From contig JADFXQ010000011.1 in the NCBI GenBank assembly GCA_015233495.1, positions 1 to 43,458 on the forward strand: a stretch of 43,458 nucleotides of DNA. The letters run 5' to 3'. Under the pieces are notes generated by a model. It made no database searches. It had not been told where the DNA came from and saw only the letters and a list, made by a program, of their open reading frames with translations. Source of the DNA: Candidatus Omnitrophota bacterium (GTDB lineage Bacteria; Omnitrophota; Gorgyraeia; Zapsychrales; Zapsychraceae). Positions 1 through 9,365 of this stretch are shown here, one piece after another (within the stretch, counting starts at the first letter, position 1; each line of letters opens with the position of its first letter). The position numbers and the translations under genes are program-made.

Positions 1-124
1 CCTTTCGGTTTTCATGCCCTCATTTTATCACAACCTCGCCGAGAAATTCGGCAAAATATCCATTTTGTCGTCGATATATTTTTTGCTTTTATTTTTCAAA
101 AATGGCTAATTTCGCAACAGGCCC
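1..124 (-). mobile_element. Probable left end of an insertion sequence; its putative transposase starts at 15 and runs off the window
   Basis: Minus strand reads GGGCCTGTTGCGAAATTAG (resembles IS5/IS1182-type ends), then TGaTAAAAT and ATG AAA ACC GAA AGG at 15. It lies where the downstream phosphatase is cut off. Confidence 0.4.
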
Positions 125-342
125 ATATTCGAAAGTATAAAGATATTTTTATAGGGCACACGACAACCGAATTGTATCGGACCTTTGAGCCGATTCATGT
201 CTGCAATATTTGGGATCTCGATACTGGCGCAGGCTGGTCAGGGAAGCTAACGATTATGAATGTAAAGACCAAAAAATACTATCAGTCAGATTTGTCGTCC
301 AGTTTGTACGGAGGAACGCCGGATCGATTGAGGGTTGTATGA
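125..342 (+). pseudogene. 3' fragment of a calcineurin-like (PPP) metallophosphoesterase
   Basis: Manual translation from 136: YKDIFIGHTTTELYRTFEPIHVCNIWDLDTGAGWSGKLTIMNVKTKKYYQSD...*. GHT and DTGA motifs are present. The stop (340-342) overlaps the next ATG. The N-terminal half is missing. Confidence 0.75.
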
Positions 343-782
343 AGAACCTCAGGGTTGATTTGGGTATGCTAGAAATGGCTTTTGAAGATGCTGGTGGTGA
401 ACACCATCATGTACTCGATACGGAGACGGGCGAGTGTTTGATCGTTAGGGAATATGGAGAAGATGAAACAGAAATAGAAATTCAGCGGAGCTTGGACGGC
501 GGCGAGGAACGTTATCTTATTGTGCCTTCAGCAGATTCTCACAACGCGTATGAAGATATAGAGGATTTTATTGGCACGGTAGAGGATAAGGTTTTTGCTG
601 CACGTTTGTCCGGATCAATTCAGGGGCGAGGAGCATTTCGGCGTTTCAAGGATGTTCTTCGGGAGAATGGGGCCGAAGAGAAACGCTGGTTTGAATTTAA
701 GCAGGAGAGAACACGAGCAAAGATGTGCGAATGGCTGGTGGCAAACGGAATAGAATTGATAAAGCCGGAAACTGCGCAATGA
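339..782 (+). CDS. UPF0158 family protein
   Basis: LDTETGE, AYEDIEDFI and IQGRGAFRRFKD motifs; ATGA overlaps at both ends. Confidence 0.85.
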   Translation: MKNLRVDLGMLEMAFEDAGGEHHHVLDTETGECLIVREYGEDETEIEIQRSLDGGEERYLIVPSADSHNAYEDIEDFIGTVEDKVFAARLSGSIQGRGAFRRFKDVLRENGAEEKRWFEFKQERTRAKMCEWLVANGIELIKPETAQ

Positions 783-1318
783 AGGCGCATCCTTATCCGA
801 TCATTCACATTATCGGTTTGCCTGGAGCGGGAAAGACAGCGCTGGGCCAACAGTTGAGTAAGAAGTTTGGCTTGCCGGTTTTTTATATCGGAACCTATCG
901 GGCGCGGTATTCGCGGACTGCCATTGGAGAAGCTGACGCGTGGGTGGCCTTGTTCCGCGATCTTTCACGCCATGGATGGAAGAACTGCATTTTGGAAACA
1001 ACGGGATTGAATTTTCGGGAAGGGTTCTTGCGGAAGGCATTGCCTTTGGGCCAGATGATGACGGTCAAGCTTGAGGCCTCGCGTAAGACGCTTCATAAGA
1101 GGATTCGTATGAAGAAAAAGAGTGAGCAGGGTGGCGAACATTGGATGGATGATGTCCGTGCGGTCATGGCGACATATCGCGAGGAGGGAATCCCGGCGGT
1201 TGTTGAGCGGTCACGTTCGGGAAATGGCGGCCATGTCTGGGTTTTCTTTAGTGAGGAGGTTCCGGCTGTTTTGGCGCGTAAATTAGGAAGCTCGTTGATT
1301 ACCAAGACTATGTCCTGA
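779..1318 (+). pseudogene. Chimeric ORF: P-loop kinase N-terminal part fused to an internal fragment of a TOTE-type archaeo-eukaryotic primase domain
   Basis: Walker A GLPGAGKT. From about 1135 it reads HWMDDV...GIPAVVERSRSGNGGHVWVFFSEEVPAVLARKLG, which is AEP motif II, and then ends abruptly. Confidence 0.7.
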
Positions 1319-1360
1319 TCGCCCAGAACGAGAATATTAAGTTCATCCAGTCACAATTGG
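1315..1360 (+). pseudogene. Short remnant of a tyrosine integrase C-terminus
   Basis: Translates LIAQNENIKFIQSQL, like the LIAQGENxKFIQxQLGH segment of phage integrases, and is cut before GH. Confidence 0.55.
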
Positions 1361-1514
1361 TTCTTAACCTTTTCTATTTATTCGGGTTGTTGCTTGAAGA
1401 TGTTATTTGAAAAGTGGCGATCTGATGATAGAATAACCGAAATTGGGGATCCAGCCATAGGCGGACGTTGAGTTATAAAGAGGTAAGAATTTAGTATAAA
1501 AAAAGGAGAACAAA

Positions 1515-1958
1515 ATGGAAGCAATCAAGAATGAATTAGTTGTTATGTTGAACCACGCTTTGGAGATGGAGCACGCGGCACGGATTCAATATTTGGCTCA
1601 TGCGGAGCTGATCAAAGGGGTGAATGCCGAGCCAATTATTTCTCGGTTGAAAGAGATCGCGTCAGATGAGGCAAAACACGAAGATAAATTCCGCGATCTT
1701 ATCGGGAGCTATCTTTGCGCAGAGCCGTCAATGGGGATCGCTAAGACGCATAAAGCTCAAGAAACGATGGAAATCTTAGAGATCAATTTGACAGGAGAGA
1801 AAGAAACGATCGATTTTTATAACACCATTTACAAGAAAGTCATCGAGAATAAGGGAAAGCTGGCGTATGTTTTTGAAACTCTGGAGCATGAGATTCGTCA
1901 TGTGATTATCGAGGAACAACAGCATATTGCCGAATTATCCGTCTTACTCGGGAAGTGA
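1515..1958 (+). CDS. Ferritin/bacterioferritin-like di-iron protein
   Basis: RBS AGGAG; LNHALEME..QY..H; two ExxH motifs (EAKH, EQQH). Confidence 0.85.
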   Translation: MEAIKNELVVMLNHALEMEHAARIQYLAHAELIKGVNAEPIISRLKEIASDEAKHEDKFRDLIGSYLCAEPSMGIAKTHKAQETMEILEINLTGEKETIDFYNTIYKKVIENKGKLAYVFETLEHEIRHVIIEEQQHIAELSVLLGK

Positions 1959-1990
1959 AGATAGGGTAAATTTAACCAAAGGAGAAAAAC

Positions 1991-2611
1991 ATGAGCAATA
2001 AAATAAACGAAAAGACATCGGAACATATTCTTCCGCCCTTGCCCTATGCGGATAACGCCCTTGATCCCGTCATATCCGCGCGCACCATAAGCTTCCACTA
2101 CGGTAAGCATCATAAAGCTTATGTTGATAATTTGAACAAGTTGATAGCGGGGACTGAATTCAGCAATCAGTCGTTGGAAAAGATTATTGCCCAGACAGCG
2201 GGTAAGGCAGATAAGACCGCGATTTTTAATAATGCCGCGCAAACCTGGAACCACACGTTTTATTGGAGCAGCTTAAAACCAAAGGGCGGCGGTGAACCTC
2301 CCGCAGAATTAAAGAAAAAGCTTGAAGCCTCTTTTGGCGCTGTGGACGTGTGCAAGAAGGAGTTGGCGACTGCGGCAACAAGTCAGTTTGGCAGCGGTTG
2401 GGCGTGGCTGGTGTTAGACGGCGCTAAGCTCAAAGTGGTTAAAACCAGTAATGCCGACGTGCCTTTGGCCCAGGGGATGAAGCCGCTGTTGAATATCGAT
2501 GTTTGGGAACACGCCTATTATTTGGATTATCAGAATCGACGCATCGATTACGTCGGCGCTGTTCTCGACAAATTGATTAATTGGGATTTCGCGATGGAGA
2601 ATCTGGGTTAA
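1991..2611 (+). CDS. sodB: Fe superoxide dismutase
   Basis: [32 protein letters not shown] and [15 protein letters not shown]. Confidence 0.95.
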   Translation: MSNKINEKTSEHILPPLPYADNALDPVISARTISFHYGKHHKAYVDNLNKLIAGTEFSNQSLEKIIAQTAGKADKTAIFNNAAQTWNHTFYWSSLKPKGGGEPPAELKKKLEASFGAVDVCKKELATAATSQFGSGWAWLVLDGAKLKVVKTSNADVPLAQGMKPLLNIDVWEHAYYLDYQNRRIDYVGAVLDKLINWDFAMENLG

Positions 2612-2642
2612 TGAGGTTTAAGCAAGTATAAGGAGCGGATAG

Positions 2643-3710
2643 ATGAAGAGCGATGGCCTCTTTTCAGAATTTCGTATTAAGAATATTACGTTCAAAAATC
2701 GTCTGGGCGTAGCGCCCATGACCCGCACGTCATCTTCCGCGGACGGGATTCCGCGACAAGACGTCTTGGATTTTTTGGTCCGGCGAGCAAAAAATGGCGC
2801 GGCTATTGTTTATACCGAGGCGATCGTGACTGACTATGAAAGCGCCCAAGGCTATCCGCGTCAATCGCGACTGACCACTCAACGCCAGATAGAAGCTTGG
2901 AAGCCGGTCGTTCAAGCGATTAAGAAAGAAGGCGCGGTCGCGATAATGCAAATGTTTCATTGTGGACGCGTGGCTACAACTGAGGTAAATCCGGCTAAAC
3001 GTGTCATTGCGCCTAGCCGGTTGATTCCTCGTCAGAACAACCCTGCGAGCAAAGGTCCTTATCCGATTCCGGATGAGATTAGTCTTTTTGATATGCAGCA
3101 TGTGCTTTTGGGATTTGTAGAAACAGCCAGAGGAGCGGTCGCTGCGGGCTTTGACGGCATCGAACTGCATTGTGCACATGGGTATCTCCTTAACGAGTTC
3201 CTGTCTATTTATTCGAATCAGCGCCGGGATAATTATGGGGGGTCGGTTGAAAACCGTTTTCGTTTCGTGCGCGAGGTCATTCAGGCGGTTCGAGAAGTCG
3301 TTCCTCAGGAGCGGTTATTTCTGGTAAGGATATCGAATTGGGGTGTTGTGGACATGGAGGTTGAGCTTTTTACTAAGTCGGAATACCAGGAGGTCATTCG
3401 GCTTTTTTCAAAGGAACCGATTGACGCCATTTCCGTATCCACCTACGACTATAAACAGAAGGTATTCGGCACTAACCAGAACATGGCGCAAATAACTCGA
3501 GAAGTTACCTCTCTGCCGATTTTGATCTGCGGCAAGGTTTATGATCGTTCCTCGGCGGAAGAAGCGCTGGCGGATGCAGACCTGGTTCTTTCCGCTAAAT
3601 CGATATTACTGAATCCTCAATGGGTCGAAGACGTCCGTAACGGCAATCCTATGCCTGCCAGGAAATCGGAAGAGGCGAACATTGCCTATACCGAAACTCT
3701 GCTGATGTAA
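2643..3710 (+). CDS. NADH:flavin oxidoreductase (Old Yellow Enzyme family)
   Basis: NRLGVAPMTR, AGFDGIELHCAHGYLLNEFLS and NQRRDNYGGSVENR. Confidence 0.92.
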   Translation: MKSDGLFSEFRIKNITFKNRLGVAPMTRTSSSADGIPRQDVLDFLVRRAKNGAAIVYTEAIVTDYESAQGYPRQSRLTTQRQIEAWKPVVQAIKKEGAVAIMQMFHCGRVATTEVNPAKRVIAPSRLIPRQNNPASKGPYPIPDEISLFDMQHVLLGFVETARGAVAAGFDGIELHCAHGYLLNEFLSIYSNQRRDNYGGSVENRFRFVREVIQAVREVVPQERLFLVRISNWGVVDMEVELFTKSEYQEVIRLFSKEPIDAISVSTYDYKQKVFGTNQNMAQITREVTSLPILICGKVYDRSSAEEALADADLVLSAKSILLNPQWVEDVRNGNPMPARKSEEANIAYTETLLM

Positions 3711-3724
3711 GAAAGGACGGCTTA

Positions 3725-4849
3725 ATGAGGAAGATTAGAACAATAGGAAAAATTTTGAAGAGCAAGCCTACCATCGAAGACGCTATGGATGCTGCAGCAC
3801 TTGCTTCTATCAAGATCGCTTTTTTCGACGCCAAGCCCTATGACATCGAGTCTTTTGAAAAGGCAACAAATAATTCCGGTTTCAAAATTACATTTTTTAA
3901 GAGTCATCTGACAACGGAGACTGCTGCTTTGACCCAGGGTTTTCAGGTTGTTTGTGTTTTTGTTAACGATATTATAAATAAAGATGTGATCGAGATTTTA
4001 GAACGTAATGGTATTGCCCTTATTGCGCTTCGCGCGGCCGGCTACAACAACATTGACTTGAAAACGATCTTTAAAAAGATCCATGTGGTCCGTGTCCCGG
4101 CATATTCTCCTTATGCTGTAGCCGAGCATGCTGTCGCGCTTATGCTGTCTTTGAACCGCAAAGTTCACCGGGCCTATTACCGGACCCGGGATAATAATTT
4201 TACTTTGAATGGATTACTGGGATTTGATATGTTTGGCAAGACAGCCGGGATTATCGGCACGGGTAAGATCGGCAAGGTGATGATCGGGATATTAAAAGGA
4301 TTTGGGATGCGGGTTTTGGCTTATGATTCCTTCCCGGATAAAGAGTATCAGAAGAACGCCGGATTCGAGTATGTTGCTCTGGATGCGCTCTATCGGGAAT
4401 CGGATATTATTTCCCTGCATTGTCCGCTGACGAAGGCAACTTACCATCTGATCAATGAAGCATCTATTGCCAAAATGAAGCCCGGGATAATGATTATCAA
4501 CACCGGACGCGGCATGCTAATTGATTCCAAGGCCTTAATTGCCGGGTTAAAAATCGGCAGGGTCGGCTTCGCTGGTTTGGATGTTTATGAGGAAGAAAGT
4601 GACTATTTTTTCGAGGATTTCTCGAATAAAGTAATTACCGATGATGTGTTTGCCCGACTGCTCTCGTTTAATAATGTTTTAGTCACTTCTCATCAGGGGT
4701 TCTTTACGCAAGAAGCCCTGCGGAACATTGCTGACACGACACTGGAGAACATTCGGGAGTTTTTCACGGAAAAGAAAATCCCCAATGAGATCTGCTACCA
4801 GTGTAGTATTAATTCATGTCAGCGGAATACTACAGGAAAATGTTTTTGA
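3725..4849 (+). CDS. ldhA: D-lactate dehydrogenase (D-2-hydroxyacid DH) with a pirin-like N-terminal extension
   Basis: RAAGYNNID, VPAYSPYAVAEH, GTGKIG, LHCPLT, NTGRG and LDVYEEE; alternative ATG at 3785. Confidence 0.88.
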   Translation: MRKIRTIGKILKSKPTIEDAMDAAALASIKIAFFDAKPYDIESFEKATNNSGFKITFFKSHLTTETAALTQGFQVVCVFVNDIINKDVIEILERNGIALIALRAAGYNNIDLKTIFKKIHVVRVPAYSPYAVAEHAVALMLSLNRKVHRAYYRTRDNNFTLNGLLGFDMFGKTAGIIGTGKIGKVMIGILKGFGMRVLAYDSFPDKEYQKNAGFEYVALDALYRESDIISLHCPLTKATYHLINEASIAKMKPGIMIINTGRGMLIDSKALIAGLKIGRVGFAGLDVYEEESDYFFEDFSNKVITDDVFARLLSFNNVLVTSHQGFFTQEALRNIADTTLENIREFFTEKKIPNEICYQCSINSCQRNTTGKCF

Positions 4850-5027
4850 AAAAGACGAACCCTGCGTTATTGTAGAAAAATTCCCCAGAGCAAAGACATT
4901 CGGTTAAACCGCGGCCCAGTGATGGCTGTCGCTTTAGAAAATTTTTAAAAAGCGGCTTTTTTTGCTGTCTTTAATAGATAAAATAATCTAACAAATTTTT
5001 TACGAGTTAATTTAAGGAGCCAAAATT

Positions 5028-6320
5028 ATGTTCGGTCCGATATTATTTTTTGCGCTGTTTGTTGGGGCATTGGCGGGGATGAAAAAATGGAAGCGACCGG
5101 TTTTTCTCTGCTTGGCGGCTATCGGATTTTTTGGTTTTATCGTGGAATCCTTGATTTTGGTTTTTTTTATGCTGCAAATTTTTCAGGGGAATTGTTATTT
5201 TTTACTGGGCAAGAGCCGGTTTTATGACGTGTTGATCAAGGCGCGTTTGATGTACAGCGTATATTATGCGCAAGATAAAAAATTTTTTATTTATCAGGTG
5301 AACAATGACTTGGGATACACCGTGGGCAAAAATAAAAATACCGGGGTTTATGCCACTAACGCCGACAGCGTTCGCGCTGACCGGGAATATGCCATCATTC
5401 CGGATGAAAACACATTAAGAATCGCCGCGTTCGGAGATTCGTACGTTTTTTGCGACGATGAAAAAAACGCCGATACTTGGCCGTATCGCTTGGAAAAATC
5501 TGCCTCCCGGCTGGAGGTTCTGAACTTTGGCGTCTCCGGTTATGGGTTTGCGCAAAGTTATCTGCGTTATCTCAAAGATGGTTTAAAATATCATCCGGAT
5601 ATCATCACGATCAATTATTTGGAACAAACGAGCCGGGATTTTCTTTCGGCGAAAGACATTGTTACTTCGAATAATCTGCGGCTAGCACACCTTTACCGGC
5701 CGCTTTTAGGCTGGCGGGATGGATGTGTCACGACAGAACCCATGACGCCTTATAAATTGTTTGATCCCGAATTTCGGCGCGATCATATTTTTAACGAAGC
5801 GCGGTTCGAGGTTGAGACGCGCTGGCGAATGATGAAACGCTTGGCATTTTCAAACACGGGGCTGCTTTTGCAACAATGCCTTTTTAAGCAGCTGGTTCAA
5901 CATTATACCTGGCCGAAGAATTTTGAGGACCAGGATATTCATGTTGCCTTGCTGGAAAATTTTTTAAAAACCGCCGCGTTGAACGGAACTACAGTGGTTT
6001 TTACGACGGGAATTGAGAAGGCGCCGGACGCTCCGGAAAAAATCGCGGCATTGCTGCGCAAATATCAAGACGGGATCGTATATTTTCCGGCCCAAAAATT
6101 GATGAACGCGCAGGTTAAAAAAGCCGGATCTCAGGATATGAATCTGAAAAATTCCAGCAATCATTTGAACGCCCAGGGCAATATCTTTTATGCGCAAGGC
6201 TTTTTGGAATTTTTGAAATCGAAAACCTGGGGCCGAGGGGACCGCCAATTTGTCTACGATCCTCAGGGGCAAAAGTTTGTCCGTGTGAAGCAAGCTCCAC
6301 GTCAATCGAAACAAAGATGA
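5028..6320 (+). CDS. Membrane-anchored SGNH/GDSL hydrolase-family protein
   Basis: N-terminal TM segments; FGDSY, NFGVSGYG and a C-terminal NHLNAQG. Confidence 0.75.
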   Translation: MFGPILFFALFVGALAGMKKWKRPVFLCLAAIGFFGFIVESLILVFFMLQIFQGNCYFLLGKSRFYDVLIKARLMYSVYYAQDKKFFIYQVNNDLGYTVGKNKNTGVYATNADSVRADREYAIIPDENTLRIAAFGDSYVFCDDEKNADTWPYRLEKSASRLEVLNFGVSGYGFAQSYLRYLKDGLKYHPDIITINYLEQTSRDFLSAKDIVTSNNLRLAHLYRPLLGWRDGCVTTEPMTPYKLFDPEFRRDHIFNEARFEVETRWRMMKRLAFSNTGLLLQQCLFKQLVQHYTWPKNFEDQDIHVALLENFLKTAALNGTTVVFTTGIEKAPDAPEKIAALLRKYQDGIVYFPAQKLMNAQVKKAGSQDMNLKNSSNHLNAQGNIFYAQGFLEFLKSKTWGRGDRQFVYDPQGQKFVRVKQAPRQSKQR

Positions 6321-6345
6321 TCTAACCAGGAGAGCATCAGCCTTT

Positions 6346-7755
6346 TCAAGGCGAGTTGATAGTCTTTTTGGAGCGGCGGATGGCGGCTTTGATGTTTTGG
6401 GCGATATTTTCCGCGAGCAATTCGGATCCTTTTTTCTTGAGGTGACCGAACACAGACCCGCCAAAATCGCCAAAAATCGTAAAATAACCGTTGGCCTTGA
6501 CCGCAGCTTCAAAAGACTGTTGATTGTCGATATAAATGATATCTGCCGAGTAATTGTATTCTCGCTCAACCTGTTCAACCGGGAGCATCGGATATTGCAG
6601 GACTACTAATTGACAGCCATGCGCCAGCGCAGTTGACCATATCTGTGTTTTATATTTTGATTGGGTTGTCACTAATTTTTTAATCTGCTTTGAGATCAAG
6701 GCCGCTTGCCCGGGCTGGTTTTGGAGTTCGTAACATTTTTTCAACGCTTCATAAACCGCGATTTTTTTCTCATTGGTCAAATCCCACCCCAATGCCGCTT
6801 GCAAACAGTTTTCCGCTTCGGGAAATGATCTCCGGGCCGCCAGATAGTTTGACCATTTCAGAGTGGGCAAGATGTCGCCATCTTGCGATAAAGACAGCGC
6901 TTTTTTTAAAGCAAAAACCGCTTTTTCCGCATATCCGTTTTGTTGATAGCGTTCAAACAATCTCAAATAGACCGTGGAGTTTGCTAACTTTGGGATCGAA
7001 CTGACAAATTCAAACCAGCGTTGCGCCAGATCAGCGCGTCCGTGTTCGATATAGAAATCTCCGATGATGTTTTCTTTGTCGGCAATAAAATTTTCCCAAC
7101 GCCGCAACTTAAAAAAAGTTTGCAGGGCTTTTTCATAAGCGCCTTCTTTAGCTAAGTTAAGACCGAAGAAGAAGATAGCTTGCGGATCATCCGGGTGCTG
7201 GGCGGCAAGCCAGCCGCGGTAATACGTCATGCCTTTTTGCAAAATCCAGGGACGCTCCCGGCTTTTTAAATTCATTAGCATTTCCTGCAGCAATCCTATG
7301 GTGCGTAACGCGAAAGCGGGTTTAGCGCGGGTTTCGCCTTTTAACATAGATTCGGTGTTTTGTTTCTGCAGACGCTGCTCATTGTCTCTTAACCCAGTCA
7401 TGACAGTGATCATTTGCGGGTCAAAATCCCGTAAAATTTTAGGCAACAATTCGGCGACGTTTTTGGATGTGGCATTCGGCAACCCGCGGTTATACACTTT
7501 GATTTGAAAAGATTTTTTATCGCGATTAAGCAGCTCTTCCAAATAATCGGGATATTGGCTATAGGCGGTAACGGAATCCCCCAGGCAGACTATTTTGAAG
7601 ATGTCCGGATTGTGGCTGATTTTTCCGTCTTTGAAGCGCTGGATGCATAAAAAGGCGATGCCCCCGATATTTAGCCAGATTTCAAATATGAGGAAAAAAA
7701 CGATGACCTGGATTATTACTTGAAACCATTTCTGACGCGATAAAGGGATAGGCAT
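6346..7755 (-). CDS. SGNH hydrolase-family protein with TPR-like insertion
   Basis: TM anchor; CLGDSVT and VYNRG; helical repeats; FGHL near the C-terminus. Confidence 0.7.
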   Translation of the reverse strand: MPIPLSRQKWFQVIIQVIVFFLIFEIWLNIGGIAFLCIQRFKDGKISHNPDIFKIVCLGDSVTAYSQYPDYLEELLNRDKKSFQIKVYNRGLPNATSKNVAELLPKILRDFDPQMITVMTGLRDNEQRLQKQNTESMLKGETRAKPAFALRTIGLLQEMLMNLKSRERPWILQKGMTYYRGWLAAQHPDDPQAIFFFGLNLAKEGAYEKALQTFFKLRRWENFIADKENIIGDFYIEHGRADLAQRWFEFVSSIPKLANSTVYLRLFERYQQNGYAEKAVFALKKALSLSQDGDILPTLKWSNYLAARRSFPEAENCLQAALGWDLTNEKKIAVYEALKKCYELQNQPGQAALISKQIKKLVTTQSKYKTQIWSTALAHGCQLVVLQYPMLPVEQVEREYNYSADIIYIDNQQSFEAAVKANGYFTIFGDFGGSVFGHLKKKGSELLAENIAQNIKAAIRRSKKTINSP

Positions 7756-7758
7756 ATT

Positions 7759-9188
7759 TTAAAATTGAAAATAGATGAAAGTTTCCGGTTTATTTGCCCC
7801 CCAGATCACCATGCCATACAACAGAGTGGCGTAAAATAAAGGCTGGACTATCCAAGGCAACCGCGTGAAAAGGATTAAATCCTTTTTATAATATTGAAAT
7901 CCTTGCGCAAGCAATAAAGGCGTTAGGTAAAAAAGCAGCAGGCTTAAATCGTTGGCGGTATGATAGTTCGCCGTAAAAGACGTGAACAAGGCCCCGGTCA
8001 TGGATACAACTTGACTCACGCTGGGGGAGCGGAATAATAACCATCCGAACAACGTAACGTGAAAAAAGAAAACTACCTGAAGCGGTTGGAGGAGGCCGGG
8101 AGGAAAAAATGATCCAATTTTAAAGTTGATTCTTTTAGTCCAAAACCGATGCAGGATCAATATGCTTCCATGGTAAAGTCCCCATAACACAAAAGTCCAG
8201 GCCGCCCCGTGCCATAAGCCTCCTAAGACCATTGTCAGCATCAAGTTTTTGTAGGTTGACCACTCTCCGTTGCGGTTTCCACCCAGAGGGATATACAAGT
8301 AATCGCGCAACCAGCTCGACAAACTGATGTGCCAGCGCTGCCAAAATTCCGGCGGATTGCGGGAAAAATACGGCCATTGGAAATTGATCGTGATTTCGAA
8401 ACCCATGCATTTCCCTAAGCCGCGGGCAATGTTGGAATAACCATCAAAATCGCAAAAAATTTGGAAAGCGAAAGCGTAAAGACTGATGAGGACATCCGTT
8501 CCATTGTAGGGAGGTTTTTGGGTAAACACCGGGTCGACAATTTTCGCCAGATTATCGGCGACAAAAATTTTTTCAAACAATCCCCAAGTGATGAAATTGC
8601 ACCCTTCATAAAACTGGTCCCAGCTTAGTCGACGGGGTCGGATGATCTGGGGCAGAAAATCTTTGGCCCGCATGATCGGCCCGGCGATGAGGTGGGGAAA
8701 ATAAATAACAAACAATAAGTAGTCTGTATAGTGGCGGGTGGGGGGGATGAGGCGGCGATAAACATCCACCGAATAACTGATCGCTTCAAAGGTATAAAAA
8801 GAAACCCCGACCGGTAAAATTATATTCAAAGCAAAGAGAGAGATTAAATGTTGGCTCGCGGGAAAGATCACATAGAGGAGTTCGCTCAAATTGTTGGCAA
8901 AGAAATTGTAATATTTGAAAAAAGCCAAAATCGACAAGTTCACCGCAATGCTGAAGATCAGGTAGGCGCGTCTTTTTTTTGCAGTTCGGTTCGACTCATG
9001 AAGCGGGCGCAATAAAAATCCGTGGTGATAGAGATAAACATGAGAAAAAGAAATTTCCAATTCCAAGCCGCGTAAAACAGGCAGCTAGCGACAATCAACA
9101 GACGGTTTTGCCAGCGGTGATCCAAGAAAATATAGAGGCCGTAGATAATAATAAAAAAGCAGAAGAAATTGAGGCTGTTAAATAACAT
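7759..9188 (-). pseudogene. MBOAT O-acyltransferase (AlgI/DltB/PatA type), frameshifted at an A8 run
   Basis: MLFNS...ASCLFYAAWNW in one frame (9188-8980); FFKYYNFF, LPVGVSFYTF, FWQRWHISLSSWLRDYLYIPLGG and GLWHGA in another. The frames switch at T8 8973-8980. Confidence 0.9.
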
Positions 9189-9328
9189 ACAATATTAGAA
9201 TGTGTTACCGATTTATGGGACGGGCGGTATTATTGTTAATTCGATATGTCTTGTGTTATTATAATAAAAAATTAGCAAAGAGTGAAGTCGCCTTTGAAAA
9301 AATTAACCCATTTTAGCCGCAGGCAAAC

Positions 9329-9353
9329 AATAAATGGTGTCACCCCATTTATT
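9329..9353. repeat. REP-like palindrome AATAAATGG-TGTCACC-CCATTTATT
   Basis: 9-bp stem; AATAAATGGTGTCA recurs inverted at 12927-12940. Confidence 0.55.
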
Positions 9354-9365
9354 TAAAGGAGATCC

